DNA of 64,000 bases from Alphaproteobacteria bacterium (GCA_965232515.1 CBDDPY010000002.1:256001-320000); one strand, 5' to 3'; positions 18,916-28,884 are shown, numbered from the stretch's first letter. The notes: a model not told the origin generated them from the sequence alone. Program-made: numbers and translations.

Positions 18916-21006
18916 ATGGCGCAATCGTCAGGATCGGCGCGTCTGGCCGTCGATATCGGCGGTACCTTTACCGATGTGGCGCTGGAACAGGGCGAACGAC
19001 GTGTCGCCGTCAAGGTGTTGACCACGCCGGACGCGCCTGAGCGCGGCGTGATGCAGGGCGTCGCCGACGTGCTGGCGCAGGCGGGCCTCAGCCCGGCCGA
19101 TGTCAGCATCATCATCCACGGCACGACGCTCGCCACCAACGCCATCATCGAACGCAAGGGCGCGAAGACGGCCCTGATCGGCACCGAGGGTTTCCGTGAT
19201 TCCGTCGAGATGGCCTACGAGAACCGGTTCGAGCAGTACGACATCAACATCGAAAAGCCGGTGCCGCTGGTGCCGCGCTACTTGCGCTGGTCCGTGACCG
19301 AGCGCATGAGCGCCGAGGGCGCACCGCTGACGCCGCTCGACGAGGCCTCGGTCGAGGCGCTGCTGCCGGAGATCGACCGGCACGGCATCGAGAGCGTCGC
19401 CATCGGCCTGCTGCACGCCTACGCCAATCCGGACCACGAGCGCCGCATCGGCGAGATTCTCAAGGCGGCGCGCCCCGACCTCTGGCTCACCCTGTCCTCG
19501 GAAGTCTGTCCCGAGATCCGCGAATACGAACGTCAGTCGACAGCCTGCGCCAACGCCTATGTCCAGCCGCTGATGGCCAGCTATCTCACCAGCCTGCGCG
19601 ATCAGCTGCGCGAAACCGGCCTCGATTGTCCGCTGTTCCTGATGATGTCCGGCGGCGGCCTGACCACCGTCGACACCGCGGTGCGCTTCCCCATCCGCCT
19701 GGTCGAGTCGGGGCCGGCCGGCGGCGCCATCCTGGCTAGCCACATCGCCGCCGAATGCGGCCTCGATCAGGTGCTGTCCTACGACATGGGCGGCACCACC
19801 GCGAAGATCTGCCTGATCGACGACGGCAAGCCGCAGGCCTCGCGCACCTTCGAGGTCGACCGCATCTACCGCTTCACCAAGGGCAGCGGCCTGCCGCTGC
19901 GCATTCCGGTGATCGAGATGGTCGAGATCGGCGCCGGCGGCGGTTCCATCGCCCAGGTCGACGCCCTGCAGCGCATCAATGTCGGCCCCGAGAGCGCCGG
20001 CTCCGAGCCGGGCCCCGCCTGCTACGACCATGGCGGCGAGCGGCCGACGGTGACGGATGCCGACGTGGCGCTCGGCCGCATCGACCCCGACAGCTTCGCC
20101 GGCGGCCGCATGCGACTTGCCGGCGACAAGGCGAAGGCGGCGCTCACGCGCGATGTGGGCGAGGCGCTCAACCTCGAGCCGTCGCTCGCCGCCTTCGGCG
20201 TCAGCGAAGTGGTTGACGAGAACATGGCGAACGCCGCCCGCGTGCACGCCATCGAGCGCGGCAAGGACGTCGGCAGCCGGGCGCTCGTCGCCTTCGGCGG
20301 CGCGGCGCCGCTGCATGCTTCGCGCCTCGCCGAGAAGCTCGGCATCGACGAGATTATCGTGCCGACCGGCGCCGGCGTCGGCTCGGCCATCGGCTTCCTG
20401 CGCGCGCCGGTCGCCTACGAGGTCGTGCACAGCCGCTACATGCGTCTCACCGGCTTCGATCTCGACGCCGCCAACGCCATGCTTGCGGGCATGCAGAAGG
20501 AAGCGACCGACATCGTCCGCATCGGTGCGCCCGATGCCGAGCTGACCGAAACCCGTATCGCCTATATGCGTTACGTGGGGCAGGGGCACGAGATCGAGGT
20601 CTCGCTGCCGATCCGCGCGATGACCGAGGCTGACGTCACGGCCCTGCAGGCGGCCTACGACGAGCGCTATACCGAGCTGTTCGGCCGCGTCGTGCCCGGC
20701 GTCGACGTTGAGATCCTGACCTGGGCGCTCACCGTCTCGACCGCGCCGCCCGAAGCGACGCCGGCGAGCGAACCGCCTGACGCCGGCCCGCCCGCCGCCA
20801 ACGACAGCCGCAAGGTCTTCGATCCGGCCAGGACGGACTTCATCGAGGCGCCGGTCTACGCCCGCGACGACCTGACGCCCGGCATGCGCATCGACGGCCC
20901 GGCGGTGATCGCCGAGGACCAGACCACCACCATCGTCGGCGCCGGCTTCGATGCCCGCATCGACGCGCTCGGCTATATTCGTCTCATGCGCCGGCCCGCG
21001 GCCTGA
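18916..21006 (+). CDS. Hydantoinase A/5-oxoprolinase family subunit
   Basis: DIGGTFTD, HGTTLATNA, SGPAGG, DMGGTT, GPESAGSEPGPACY, TVTDA. Confidence 0.93.
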   Translation: MAQSSGSARLAVDIGGTFTDVALEQGERRVAVKVLTTPDAPERGVMQGVADVLAQAGLSPADVSIIIHGTTLATNAIIERKGAKTALIGTEGFRDSVEMAYENRFEQYDINIEKPVPLVPRYLRWSVTERMSAEGAPLTPLDEASVEALLPEIDRHGIESVAIGLLHAYANPDHERRIGEILKAARPDLWLTLSSEVCPEIREYERQSTACANAYVQPLMASYLTSLRDQLRETGLDCPLFLMMSGGGLTTVDTAVRFPIRLVESGPAGGAILASHIAAECGLDQVLSYDMGGTTAKICLIDDGKPQASRTFEVDRIYRFTKGSGLPLRIPVIEMVEIGAGGGSIAQVDALQRINVGPESAGSEPGPACYDHGGERPTVTDADVALGRIDPDSFAGGRMRLAGDKAKAALTRDVGEALNLEPSLAAFGVSEVVDENMANAARVHAIERGKDVGSRALVAFGGAAPLHASRLAEKLGIDEIIVPTGAGVGSAIGFLRAPVAYEVVHSRYMRLTGFDLDAANAMLAGMQKEATDIVRIGAPDAELTETRIAYMRYVGQGHEIEVSLPIRAMTEADVTALQAAYDERYTELFGRVVPGVDVEILTWALTVSTAPPEATPASEPPDAGPPAANDSRKVFDPARTDFIEAPVYARDDLTPGMRIDGPAVIAEDQTTTIVGAGFDARIDALGYIRLMRRPAA

Positions 21007-21020
21007 CAAGGACCCACGCG

Positions 21021-22742
21021 ATGAACAAGAACTCCGCCCTGTCGCAGATCCACATGCAGATCATGTGGGACCGTCTGATCGCCGTGGTCGAGGAGCAGGC
21101 GCAGACGCTGATCCGCACCGCCTTCTCGAACACCGTGCGCGAGGCCGGCGACCTCTCGGCCGGCGTCTTCGACATGCAGGGCCGCATGCTGGCCCAGGCC
21201 GTCACCGGCACGCCCGGCCACGTCAACGCCATGGCCGCCTCGGTCGGCTTCTTCCTCGAGAAGTTCCCGGCCGAAACCATGCGCGAGGGCGACATCTACA
21301 TCACCAACGACCCCTGGTTCGGCACCGGCCACCTGCACGACTTCACGGTTGTCACGCCGACCTTCCGCCAGGGCCGCATGGTGGCGCTGTTCGCCTGTAC
21401 CAGCCACGTGGTCGACGTCGGCGGCATCGGCTTTGGCCCCGACGGCCGGCAGGTCTACGAGGAGGGGATCTACATTCCTATCATGCCGATGGCGCGCCAG
21501 GGCGTGATGAACGAGTCGCTGTTCGAGATCGTCCGCGCCAACGTGCGCGAGCCGATCGTTGTCGAGGGCGACCTCTATTCGCTCGCCGCCTGCAACGACA
21601 TCGGCGGTCGGCGTCTGGTCGAGATGATGGACGAGTTCGACCTCGACGACCTCGACAATCTCGGCGACTACGTGATCCGCAACTCCGAGCAGGCCATGCT
21701 GGCCGAGATCGCGAAGCTGCCGAAGGGCGTCTACAAGCACTCGATGCGCATCGACGGCTACGACCGCGACGTCGATCTGGTGGCGACGCTCACCGTGCAT
21801 GACGATGGACGCGGCATCGAAATCGATTTCGACGGCACCTCGCCGATCTCCGATTTCGGCATCAACGTGCCGATCACCTACACCCAGGCTTACGCAACGT
21901 TTGGCGTGCGCTGCGTCGTCGGCTCGTCGATCCCCAATAACGCCGGCTCGCTGTCGGCCGTGCACGTGACGTCGCCGGAAGGCTCGATCCTGAACGCGCC
22001 GCATCCCTGCGCCGTCGCCGCCCGTCACGCCATCGGCCAGTTGCTGCCCGACGTCGTGCTCGGCTGCCTGCATCAGGCCGTCGACGGCATGGCCCCGGCG
22101 GAAGGCACGTCCTGCCTTTGGAACCCGATCCTCTACGGCGCGCACGGCATGGTCGAAGGCTTCGGCAACGCGACGCCCTTCACCGTCACCATGTTCCACA
22201 ATGGCGGCACCGGCGCCCGGCCCAACAAGGACGGTCTGTCGGCGACGGCTTTTCCCTCCGGCGTACGCAACACGCCGGTCGAGATCAACGAAGCCATCGC
22301 GCCGGTCATCGTGCTGCGCAAGGAATACCGCGAGGACTCCGGCGGTCCCGGCAACTGGCGCGGCGGCACCGGCCAGGTCATGCAGATCGCCAGCCGCGAA
22401 TCCGCCCCGTTCATCATCTCGTCCATGTTCGACCGCGTGAAGCATCCGCCGCGCGGCCGCAACGGCGGCAGCAACGGGCGCAACGGCCGCATGTACGTCT
22501 CCTCGGGCAAGGAGTTCAAAGCCAAGGGCCGCCAAACCGTGCCGGCGGGCGATGTCCTGACGCTGGAGATGCCAGGCGGCGGCGGCTACGGCGACCCCAA
22601 AAACCGCGATCCCGAACGCGTCGCCCGTGACGTCCGCGACGGCCTCGTCAGCCGCGAGGCCGCGCTCCAGGATTACGGCGTCGCCCTCAACGACGACGGC
22701 AGCGTCGACCCGACCGCCACCGCCAAGGCCCGCGCCGCCTGA
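21021..22742 (+). CDS. Hydantoinase B/5-oxoprolinase family subunit
   Basis: RTAFS, NDPWFGTGHLHD, HVVDVGG, DSGGPGNWRGG, PGGGGYGDP. Confidence 0.93.
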   Translation: MNKNSALSQIHMQIMWDRLIAVVEEQAQTLIRTAFSNTVREAGDLSAGVFDMQGRMLAQAVTGTPGHVNAMAASVGFFLEKFPAETMREGDIYITNDPWFGTGHLHDFTVVTPTFRQGRMVALFACTSHVVDVGGIGFGPDGRQVYEEGIYIPIMPMARQGVMNESLFEIVRANVREPIVVEGDLYSLAACNDIGGRRLVEMMDEFDLDDLDNLGDYVIRNSEQAMLAEIAKLPKGVYKHSMRIDGYDRDVDLVATLTVHDDGRGIEIDFDGTSPISDFGINVPITYTQAYATFGVRCVVGSSIPNNAGSLSAVHVTSPEGSILNAPHPCAVAARHAIGQLLPDVVLGCLHQAVDGMAPAEGTSCLWNPILYGAHGMVEGFGNATPFTVTMFHNGGTGARPNKDGLSATAFPSGVRNTPVEINEAIAPVIVLRKEYREDSGGPGNWRGGTGQVMQIASRESAPFIISSMFDRVKHPPRGRNGGSNGRNGRMYVSSGKEFKAKGRQTVPAGDVLTLEMPGGGGYGDPKNRDPERVARDVRDGLVSREAALQDYGVALNDDGSVDPTATAKARAA

Positions 22743-22748
22743 CCTGCA

Positions 22749-22876
22749 GGCCCTCACCCTCCCACGCGACTGGCGTCGCGCGGGTCCCTCCCTCTCCCGC
22801 AAGCGGGAGAGGGGTTACAAACCGCAGCGATAACGGCTCCCTCTCCCGCTTGCGGGAGAGGGTTGGGGTGAGGGCC
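22749..22876. repeat. REP/RIME-like inverted doublet, family A (CCCTCACCC...CCTCTCCC)
   Basis: Terminal GGCCCTCACC/GGTGAGGGCC; internal hairpins CCTCTCCCGC-AA-GCGGGAGAGG and CCCTCTCCCGC-TT-GCGGGAGAGGG; between convergent genes. Confidence 0.85.
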
Positions 22877-22895
22877 AACGGCGGCGCTTTAGGTT

Positions 22896-23891
22896 TCAGG
22901 CGGAGGCGCGCACCGCCTCGCTCGGTATCAGTGCCAGCGCGTCGCGCAGCACATCGGCATCCGCGCCGGGCTTGTTCGCGTTCTCGCTCAGATGCCGGCG
23001 CCAGGCGCGGGCGCCGGGCAGGCCCTGGAACAGCCCCATCAGGTGCCGGCTGATGGCGTTGAGGCGGGTGCCGCGCGCCAGTTCGGCCTCGACGTAGGGG
23101 ATCAGCGCCTCGATCACCTGCGCCCGCGTGCGTGGCGGTCGCACATCGCCATAGAACAGCGCATCGACCTCGGCCAACGCATAGGGGTTCTGATAGGCCT
23201 CGCGGCCGACCATCACGCCGTCGACGTGATCCATCTGCGCCCGGCAGTCGGCGAGCGACCGCAGGCCGCCGTTGATGACGATCTCCAGCTCAGGCCGCTC
23301 CCGCTTCAGCCGGTGCACCACCTCATAACGCAAAGGCGGGATCTCCCGGTTCTGCTTCGGGCTCAGGCCCGAGAGGATCGCCTTGCGCGCATGCACGATG
23401 AACGTCGTGCAGCCGGCGTCCGCGACCGTGTCGATGAACCGCCGGAGGTCGTCATAGCTGTCCCGGTCGTCGATGCCGATCCGCGACTTCACCGTCACCG
23501 GCAGCGCCGTCGCCCTCCGCATGGCGGCGACGCAGGCGGCTACCGTTTCGGGCTCGGCCATCAGGCAGGCGCCGAACCGGCCCGACTGCACCCGGTCGCT
23601 CGGGCAGCCGACATTGATGTTGATCTCGTCGTAGCCATAGCCCTCGGCGATCTCGGCGCAGACCGCCATCTTGTCCGACTCGGCCCCGCCGATCTGCAGC
23701 CCAACCGGATGCTCGGCCGCATCGAATCCCAGCAGCCGGTCGCGCGGCCCGTGCAGGATCGCGTCCGCCACCACCATCTCGGTATAGAGCAACGCCCGGC
23801 GCGTGATCAGCCGCAGGAAGAACCGCTCATGGCGGTCCGTCCAGTCCATCATCGGCGCGACGGAAAACCTGCGGTCTAGGTGGGAGGACAT
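22896..23891 (-). CDS. dusA: tRNA dihydrouridine(20/20a) synthase
   Basis: FSVAPMMDWTDRH, NINVGCPSDRVQSGRFGACLM, VHARKAIL.GLSPKQNR, GVMVGREAY. Confidence 0.95.
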   Translation of the reverse strand: MSSHLDRRFSVAPMMDWTDRHERFFLRLITRRALLYTEMVVADAILHGPRDRLLGFDAAEHPVGLQIGGAESDKMAVCAEIAEGYGYDEININVGCPSDRVQSGRFGACLMAEPETVAACVAAMRRATALPVTVKSRIGIDDRDSYDDLRRFIDTVADAGCTTFIVHARKAILSGLSPKQNREIPPLRYEVVHRLKRERPELEIVINGGLRSLADCRAQMDHVDGVMVGREAYQNPYALAEVDALFYGDVRPPRTRAQVIEALIPYVEAELARGTRLNAISRHLMGLFQGLPGARAWRRHLSENANKPGADADVLRDALALIPSEAVRASA

Positions 23892-23905
23892 GGGCGTCGG
23901 CCGGG

Positions 23906-24685
23906 CTACCGCAGTGCGTCGGGAATCATGCAGACCGGGATCGGCTCCATCTTGTGCTTGTTCGCGGTATTCAGGCGGCGGTAGATGGCCAGCACCTCGG
24001 TCTGCCGGTTGTCGAGCCCCGACTCGTCGCCGTCGAAGCGCATGGCCCATTCGAGTTCGGGATAGCTGGCGCCGATCTGGTCCTCGTCCGTGCGGTCGTC
24101 GCCCCAAAGCCCGTCGGTGGGCGCCGCCGTCAGGATGGCCTCGTTGACGTCGAGCGCGCGGCCGAGTTCATAAACTTCGGTCTTCACCAGATCGGCGATG
24201 GGGCTGAGATCGACACCGCCGTCACCGTACTTGGTGAAGAAGCCGATACCGAAATCCTCGACCTTGTTGCCGGTGCCGACTACGAGGCGGCCTTGCAAAG
24301 CGGCGAAGTAATAGAGCGTCGTCATGCGCAGGCGGGCGCGGGTGTTGACCAGCGACATCTCGCGCCGGGCGTCGTCGGGGCTGTCCGGCAGCGCCGCGAT
24401 CAGGCGGTCGAAAACGTCGGTCAGCTCGACCTCCACGCTCCCGACATTCTCGTAGCGCTGTTTCAGGGATTCGATGTGTTCCCGGGCGCGGGTCACCTGG
24501 TTCTGGCTCTGGTGGATCGGCATTTCCACCACCAGCAAGGGCAGGCCGGTGCGCGCGGCCAGTGTCGAGGAGACGGCGGAATCGATCCCGCCGGAGACGC
24601 CGATCACGAACCCGCCCGTACCGGCGCCCTGGCCGTAGTCCCTGAGCCAGCCCGTTATGTGCTCGATGACCGCTTCGGTCTGCAT
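23906..24685 (-). CDS. nadE: NH3-dependent NAD+ synthetase (single domain)
   Basis: SGGIDS, NTRARLRM, GTGNKVED, FFTKYGDGGVD, PTDGLW, TDEDQIG. Confidence 0.95.
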   Translation of the reverse strand: MQTEAVIEHITGWLRDYGQGAGTGGFVIGVSGGIDSAVSSTLAARTGLPLLVVEMPIHQSQNQVTRAREHIESLKQRYENVGSVEVELTDVFDRLIAALPDSPDDARREMSLVNTRARLRMTTLYYFAALQGRLVVGTGNKVEDFGIGFFTKYGDGGVDLSPIADLVKTEVYELGRALDVNEAILTAAPTDGLWGDDRTDEDQIGASYPELEWAMRFDGDESGLDNRQTEVLAIYRRLNTANKHKMEPIPVCMIPDALR

Positions 24686-24826
24686 CCTGCGTTCTCCCTT
24701 CTCGGCCCGGCGATGGCGCGCCTCGACATATGGCGCGCGCGATTAAAGCGAACGCATTGATAGCGAGAAAGAATCATCGGAGTCCATCATCCGGGCGGCC
24801 GAATGATGACCGGACACCGACGCAGA

Positions 24827-25833
24827 TCAGTCCTCGGTTGGCTTTCGCCGTCCGGCGGTCACAGAGGGCAGCTCGCCGAACCGGTGCCGGTAGGCGGCCG
24901 AGAAACGGCCCATATGCCCGAACCCCCAGCGCCCGGCGGTCTCGGTCACGCTGCCGTCGCCCGCCAATTTCTCGAGTTCGTCGCGGACACGATCGAGACG
25001 GGCTTGCTTGACATAGCCCATCGGCGTGGTGCCGACGAAACCACGGAAATGATGATAGAGCGTTCGTGCCGGCACGCCGGACACGGCCACCAGGTCCGCT
25101 AGGCCGATCGGCTGATCGAGGCTGGCGTGAATGTAGTCGATGGCGCGCTTGACGTCCCGTGGCCGCACGCGGTTCGCCCCGTTCCGAAGCGCCTCGCTGT
25201 AGTTATTGGGCTGCTCCATCAGCAGCAGCGTCATCAGGAACTGCTCGAACTGCGCCACCACGAGCGGATTAGCGTCGACCGACGCTTTCGGCTCGAATTC
25301 CTGCGCCGCGTAGTGCACCGCATTGGCGAGACGCCGGCCGCTCAGCCGCGCCGGATCGACATTGGGCGCAAAGGCGAGGCGTTCGGCCGGCTGCTCACCC
25401 AGCATGACACCGAGATGCCTGCTCAGTGCGTCGGGCCTGATGGAAACCAGCAGCCGTCGCTGGTGGTCAGACTGTTCCGATTGGACGGCGATACGACGGC
25501 GGCACGGCCCGCTTGGCAATGGACGGCATGATTGCCGGTACGAAGGGCGATCCAGCCGCCCAGCGGCACATGAACGGCGTAGTCGGCGTCAAGCGGCTCC
25601 AGCGCCGACATCTCCATCCCGACACCGTATTCCATATAGCCGATATACATGCGCGGCAGGTAGACGCCATCGATCGCGGCCTTGCAACGCGCGTCGTCGG
25701 CGCTTGCCTGCGCTGGCCGGATGTCGATGTCCTTCACGCCGAGGAAGGCGCGCACCTCGTCGATGGAATCGCTGCGCAGCACGCTGTGCTCGTGCAGCGG
25801 TGTGTCGGCTGACAAATGGGGTCCTGTCGCCAT
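24827..25833 (-). pseudogene. AraC family transcriptional regulator, frameshifted near 25450-25456
   Basis: N-terminal ligand domain (MATGPHL...AAVVSPSNRNSLTTSDGC) and C-terminal HTH (RLLVSIRP...WGFGHMGRFSAAYRHRFGELPS) are in different frames. Confidence 0.8.
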
Positions 25834-26026
25834 GCGCGTGGGCCTTTCCGCACTTCTGACATCGACGGTGCCGAAAGAACAGCATGCATCGCGAACCTTG
25901 CATATGATGAACCTCACAAACCGGGTGCAGGCGACGGTAGGGTCGCCGATGGCCAGGGGATCATTCGCCTCGACGTAGGCCCGTCGCGGCGTTAGGCTCG
26001 GCGGCGCCGAAAACTGGCGTCGCATT

Positions 26027-26063
26027 TGCTCACAAGGCAAGCAAGGTGCCCGGTTTTTGGGCT
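26027..26063 (+). promoter_or_regulatory. Two NtrC-type enhancer site candidates
   Basis: TGCTCACAAGGCAAGCA (26027-26043) and TGCCCGGTTTTTGGGCT (26047-26063), 17-bp TGC-N11-GCA-like palindromes upstream of a sigma54 promoter. Confidence 0.55.
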
Positions 26064-26108
26064 GTCTCCGGAACGCCGGCGCTTTCAGACCGGCGGTTCC
26101 TCGGTCGG

Positions 26109-26124
26109 TGGCACGAGACTTGCT
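26109..26124 (+). promoter_or_regulatory. Sigma54 (-24/-12) promoter
   Basis: TGGCACGAGACTTGCT matches TGGCAC-N5-TTGCW; 52 nt before the SBP start codon. Confidence 0.85.
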
Positions 26125-26176
26125 GCCCAACGGGATCGAGGGTTCGCAGAGACGAGAACAGGGAGAGAGGACAGGA

Positions 26177-27199
26177 ATGACTAGATCGATGGCCTTGCGC
26201 GCCGCCGTGCTCACCGCCGCCGTGTCGCTGACCGCCGTTCCGGCCCATGCCGATGTCGATATCAAGTTCACGCTCGACTGGAAGTTCCAGGGACCGACCG
26301 CGGCGTTCCTTGTGGCCGCCGACAAGGGCTACTACGCCGAGGAGGGCCTCGACGTCTCGATCGACAGCGGCAACGGCTCGGCCGGCGCCGTCACCCGGGT
26401 CGCCGGCGGCGCCTATCAGATGGGTTTCGCCGACATCAATGCGCTGGTCGATTTCAACGCCAAGAATCCCGGCCAGTCGGTCAAGGCCGTGATGATGGCC
26501 TATGACGCGCCGCCGTTCTCGCTGTTCACGCTGCGCAAGAACAAGATCGAGAAGGCCGAAGACCTGGTCGGGCGCAAGCTCGGCGCACCGGTCTTCGACG
26601 CTTCGTACAAGCTGTTTCCGGCCTTCGCCCACCAGACCGGCATCGATGAGGCGGCGGTCGAGCGGGTCAACATGGACCCGGCCCTGCGCGAGACCATGCT
26701 GGTGCGCGGCGAGGTCGACTTCATCTCCGGCCATTTCTTCTCGTCCATGCTGGACCTGAAGTCGAAGGGCGTGGCCGAGGACGACATCAGGTATTTCCTC
26801 TACGCCGATTACGGCATGGATTTCTACGGCAACGCGGTGATCGCCAGCGCCAAGTTCATGGTCGAGCAGCCGGACGCCGTCGCCGGCTTCATCCGCGCCA
26901 CCGTGAAAGGCTGGAAGGACGTCATTGCCGACCCCGAAGGCGCGGTCGACGTCGTCGCCAAGAGCGACCCGCTGATCGACAAGAAACTCGAGCTTGAGCG
27001 TCTGCAGCTGGCGCTCGACGTCAACGTGCTGACGCCGCATGTGCAGAAGAACGGTATCGGCGACGTGGACGAGGACCGGCTGCGCAGCGCCATCGCCCAG
27101 CTCGCCATCGCCTACGGCCTGACGGCGACGCCCGCGCCGGCCGACGTCTGGACCTCCGACTTCCTGCCGCCGGCGAAAGACCGGATGCTGTCGCGCTGA
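26177..27199 (+). CDS. ABC substrate-binding protein, NMT1/THI5-like (NitT/TauT family)
   Basis: Signal peptide, FTLDWKFQGP, KGYYAEEGLDV, GNGS, FYGNAVI. Confidence 0.88.
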   Translation: MTRSMALRAAVLTAAVSLTAVPAHADVDIKFTLDWKFQGPTAAFLVAADKGYYAEEGLDVSIDSGNGSAGAVTRVAGGAYQMGFADINALVDFNAKNPGQSVKAVMMAYDAPPFSLFTLRKNKIEKAEDLVGRKLGAPVFDASYKLFPAFAHQTGIDEAAVERVNMDPALRETMLVRGEVDFISGHFFSSMLDLKSKGVAEDDIRYFLYADYGMDFYGNAVIASAKFMVEQPDAVAGFIRATVKGWKDVIADPEGAVDVVAKSDPLIDKKLELERLQLALDVNVLTPHVQKNGIGDVDEDRLRSAIAQLAIAYGLTATPAPADVWTSDFLPPAKDRMLSR

Positions 27200-27239
27200 A
27201 CCGGCGAGGCTTTTCTGGGGTGGGGGCGCGTCCGTCGCC

Positions 27240-28028
27240 GTGACCGCGTTCATCGAGCTTGAGCGCATCACCATGACCTATGGCGGCGCCGGTACGGATA
27301 CGCCGGCGGTCGAAGACGCGTCGTTGACCATCGGCCGGGGCGAGTTCGTCGCCCTGGTCGGCCCGTCCGGCTGCGGCAAGTCCTCGTTGCTGAAGATCGT
27401 CTCCGGGCTGATGCCGGCGGATTCCGGCATCGCCCGGGTCGACGGCGAGACCGTGTCCCGGCCGCTGACCATAGTCGGCATGGCCTTCCAGAACGCGACC
27501 CTGCTGCCCTGGCGGACGACGCTCGAAAACGTGCTGTTGCCGCTCGAAGTCAGCCGGACCCACCGCGGCTCGTTCCGACGCAAGCGCGCCGAGCACGTCC
27601 AGGCGGCGCGGGCCTTGCTCAAGACGGTGGGCTTGGAAGGCTACGAAGACCATGCGCCCTACGAACTGTCCGGTGGCATGCAACAACGTGCGTCGCTCTG
27701 CCGGTCCCTGATCCATGCGCCGGATTTGCTGCTGCTCGACGAGCCGTTCGCGGCCCTCGACGCCTTCACCCGGGAAGAGCTCTGGGACGTGCTGCAGGCG
27801 CTGTGGCAGGCGCGGAAGTTCACGGTCATCCTGGTCACCCACGATTTGCGCGAGGCGGTCTACCTCGCCGACCGGGTCTATGTCGTCAGCAAGCGGCCGG
27901 GCCGCATCGTCTATGAACGCCCGGTGCCGTTGCCGCGGCCGCGCACGCTGGAGTCGACGTTCGATCAGGATTTCATCGATCTGGTGCATACGCTGCGCGA
28001 CCATATCGGCGAGGTGCGGGCGGCATGA
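27240..28028 (+). CDS. NitT/TauT family ABC ATP-binding protein
   Basis: GPSGCGKS, LLPWRT, LSGGMQQR, LLDEPFAALDAFTRE, VTHD. Confidence 0.92.
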   Translation: MTAFIELERITMTYGGAGTDTPAVEDASLTIGRGEFVALVGPSGCGKSSLLKIVSGLMPADSGIARVDGETVSRPLTIVGMAFQNATLLPWRTTLENVLLPLEVSRTHRGSFRRKRAEHVQAARALLKTVGLEGYEDHAPYELSGGMQQRASLCRSLIHAPDLLLLDEPFAALDAFTREELWDVLQALWQARKFTVILVTHDLREAVYLADRVYVVSKRPGRIVYERPVPLPRPRTLESTFDQDFIDLVHTLRDHIGEVRAA

Positions 28029-28786
28029 TCTCAGGCGTCAAGCTCGCGCCGTGGCTGGCGACCGTCGGTCTGTTCCTGTTCTGGGAGGCCGTCTGCCGCC
28101 TGTTCTCGGTGCCGGAATTCATCCTGCCGGCGCCCAGTCAGGCGATTGGCGCCCTGATCCAGTACTGGCCGGCGATCTGGCAGAACGCGTTTTATACGTT
28201 TTGGGTGACGCTGGTCGGCTTCGGCCTCGCCGTTGTCTTCGGCTTGGCGCTGGGGCTGATCACCGGCGCCTCGGCGCTCGTTTATTCGGCGATCTATCCC
28301 ATGCTGGTCGGCTTCAACAGCATTCCGAAGGTGGCGATCGTGCCGGTGCTTGTGGTCTGGTTCGGCATCGGCACCATTCCGGCCATCCTGACCGCCTTCA
28401 CGATCTCATTCTTTCCCATCGTCGTGAACGTCGCCACCGGCCTCGCGACGCTGGAACCGGAACTGCGCGACGTGCTGCGCTCGCTCGGCGCGCGCAAGAT
28501 CGACATCCTGCTGAAAGTGGGCATCCCCCGCTCGATGCCCTACTTCTTCGCCTCGCTGAAAGTCGCCATCACGCTCGCCTTCGTCGGCACGGTGATCTCC
28601 GAGACAGTCGCCGGCAATGCCGGCATGGGCCATTTGATGCTGACGGCGTCATCCAGCTTCCGCGTGCCGCTGGTCTTCGCCGGGCTGCTGGTCATCGCCG
28701 TCATGGGCGTCGGCATGTACGCCATCTTCGCGCTGGTCGAGCGCCGTTGGGTCGGCTGGGCCTTCCGCGGCGCCGAAACGAGCTAG
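28025..28786 (+). CDS. NitT/TauT family ABC permease
   Basis: ILPAPS, IPKVAIVP, WFGIG, FFPIVVN, EAA-like loop. Confidence 0.92.
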   Translation: MISGVKLAPWLATVGLFLFWEAVCRLFSVPEFILPAPSQAIGALIQYWPAIWQNAFYTFWVTLVGFGLAVVFGLALGLITGASALVYSAIYPMLVGFNSIPKVAIVPVLVVWFGIGTIPAILTAFTISFFPIVVNVATGLATLEPELRDVLRSLGARKIDILLKVGIPRSMPYFFASLKVAITLAFVGTVISETVAGNAGMGHLMLTASSSFRVPLVFAGLLVIAVMGVGMYAIFALVERRWVGWAFRGAETS

Positions 28787-28884
28787 CGGCGGATCCAGGT
28801 TGCTGCCTTAATAGGAATAGTCTCTATTCGGCGTGTCGGGCACCGCCGGTTGGCGCCTTGACATCGGATAGGGCCGATGCAGAA

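Noticed and set aside
22749-22876. CRISPR array or tRNA interpretation of the palindromic repeats
   Set aside because: No direct repeat-spacer periodicity, no cas genes and no cloverleaf or T-loop motif; these are isolated inverted doublets.
26015-26030. Second sigma54-like sequence TGGCGTCGCATTTGCT
   Set aside because: GG-N10-GC spacing is correct, but the match is weaker and overlaps the first NtrC-like site; the 26109 site is a full consensus.
25834-26176. TPP riboswitch upstream of the NMT1/THI5-like binding protein
   Set aside because: No CTGAGA or ACCTGA...TAAT core; a sigma54 promoter is present instead.
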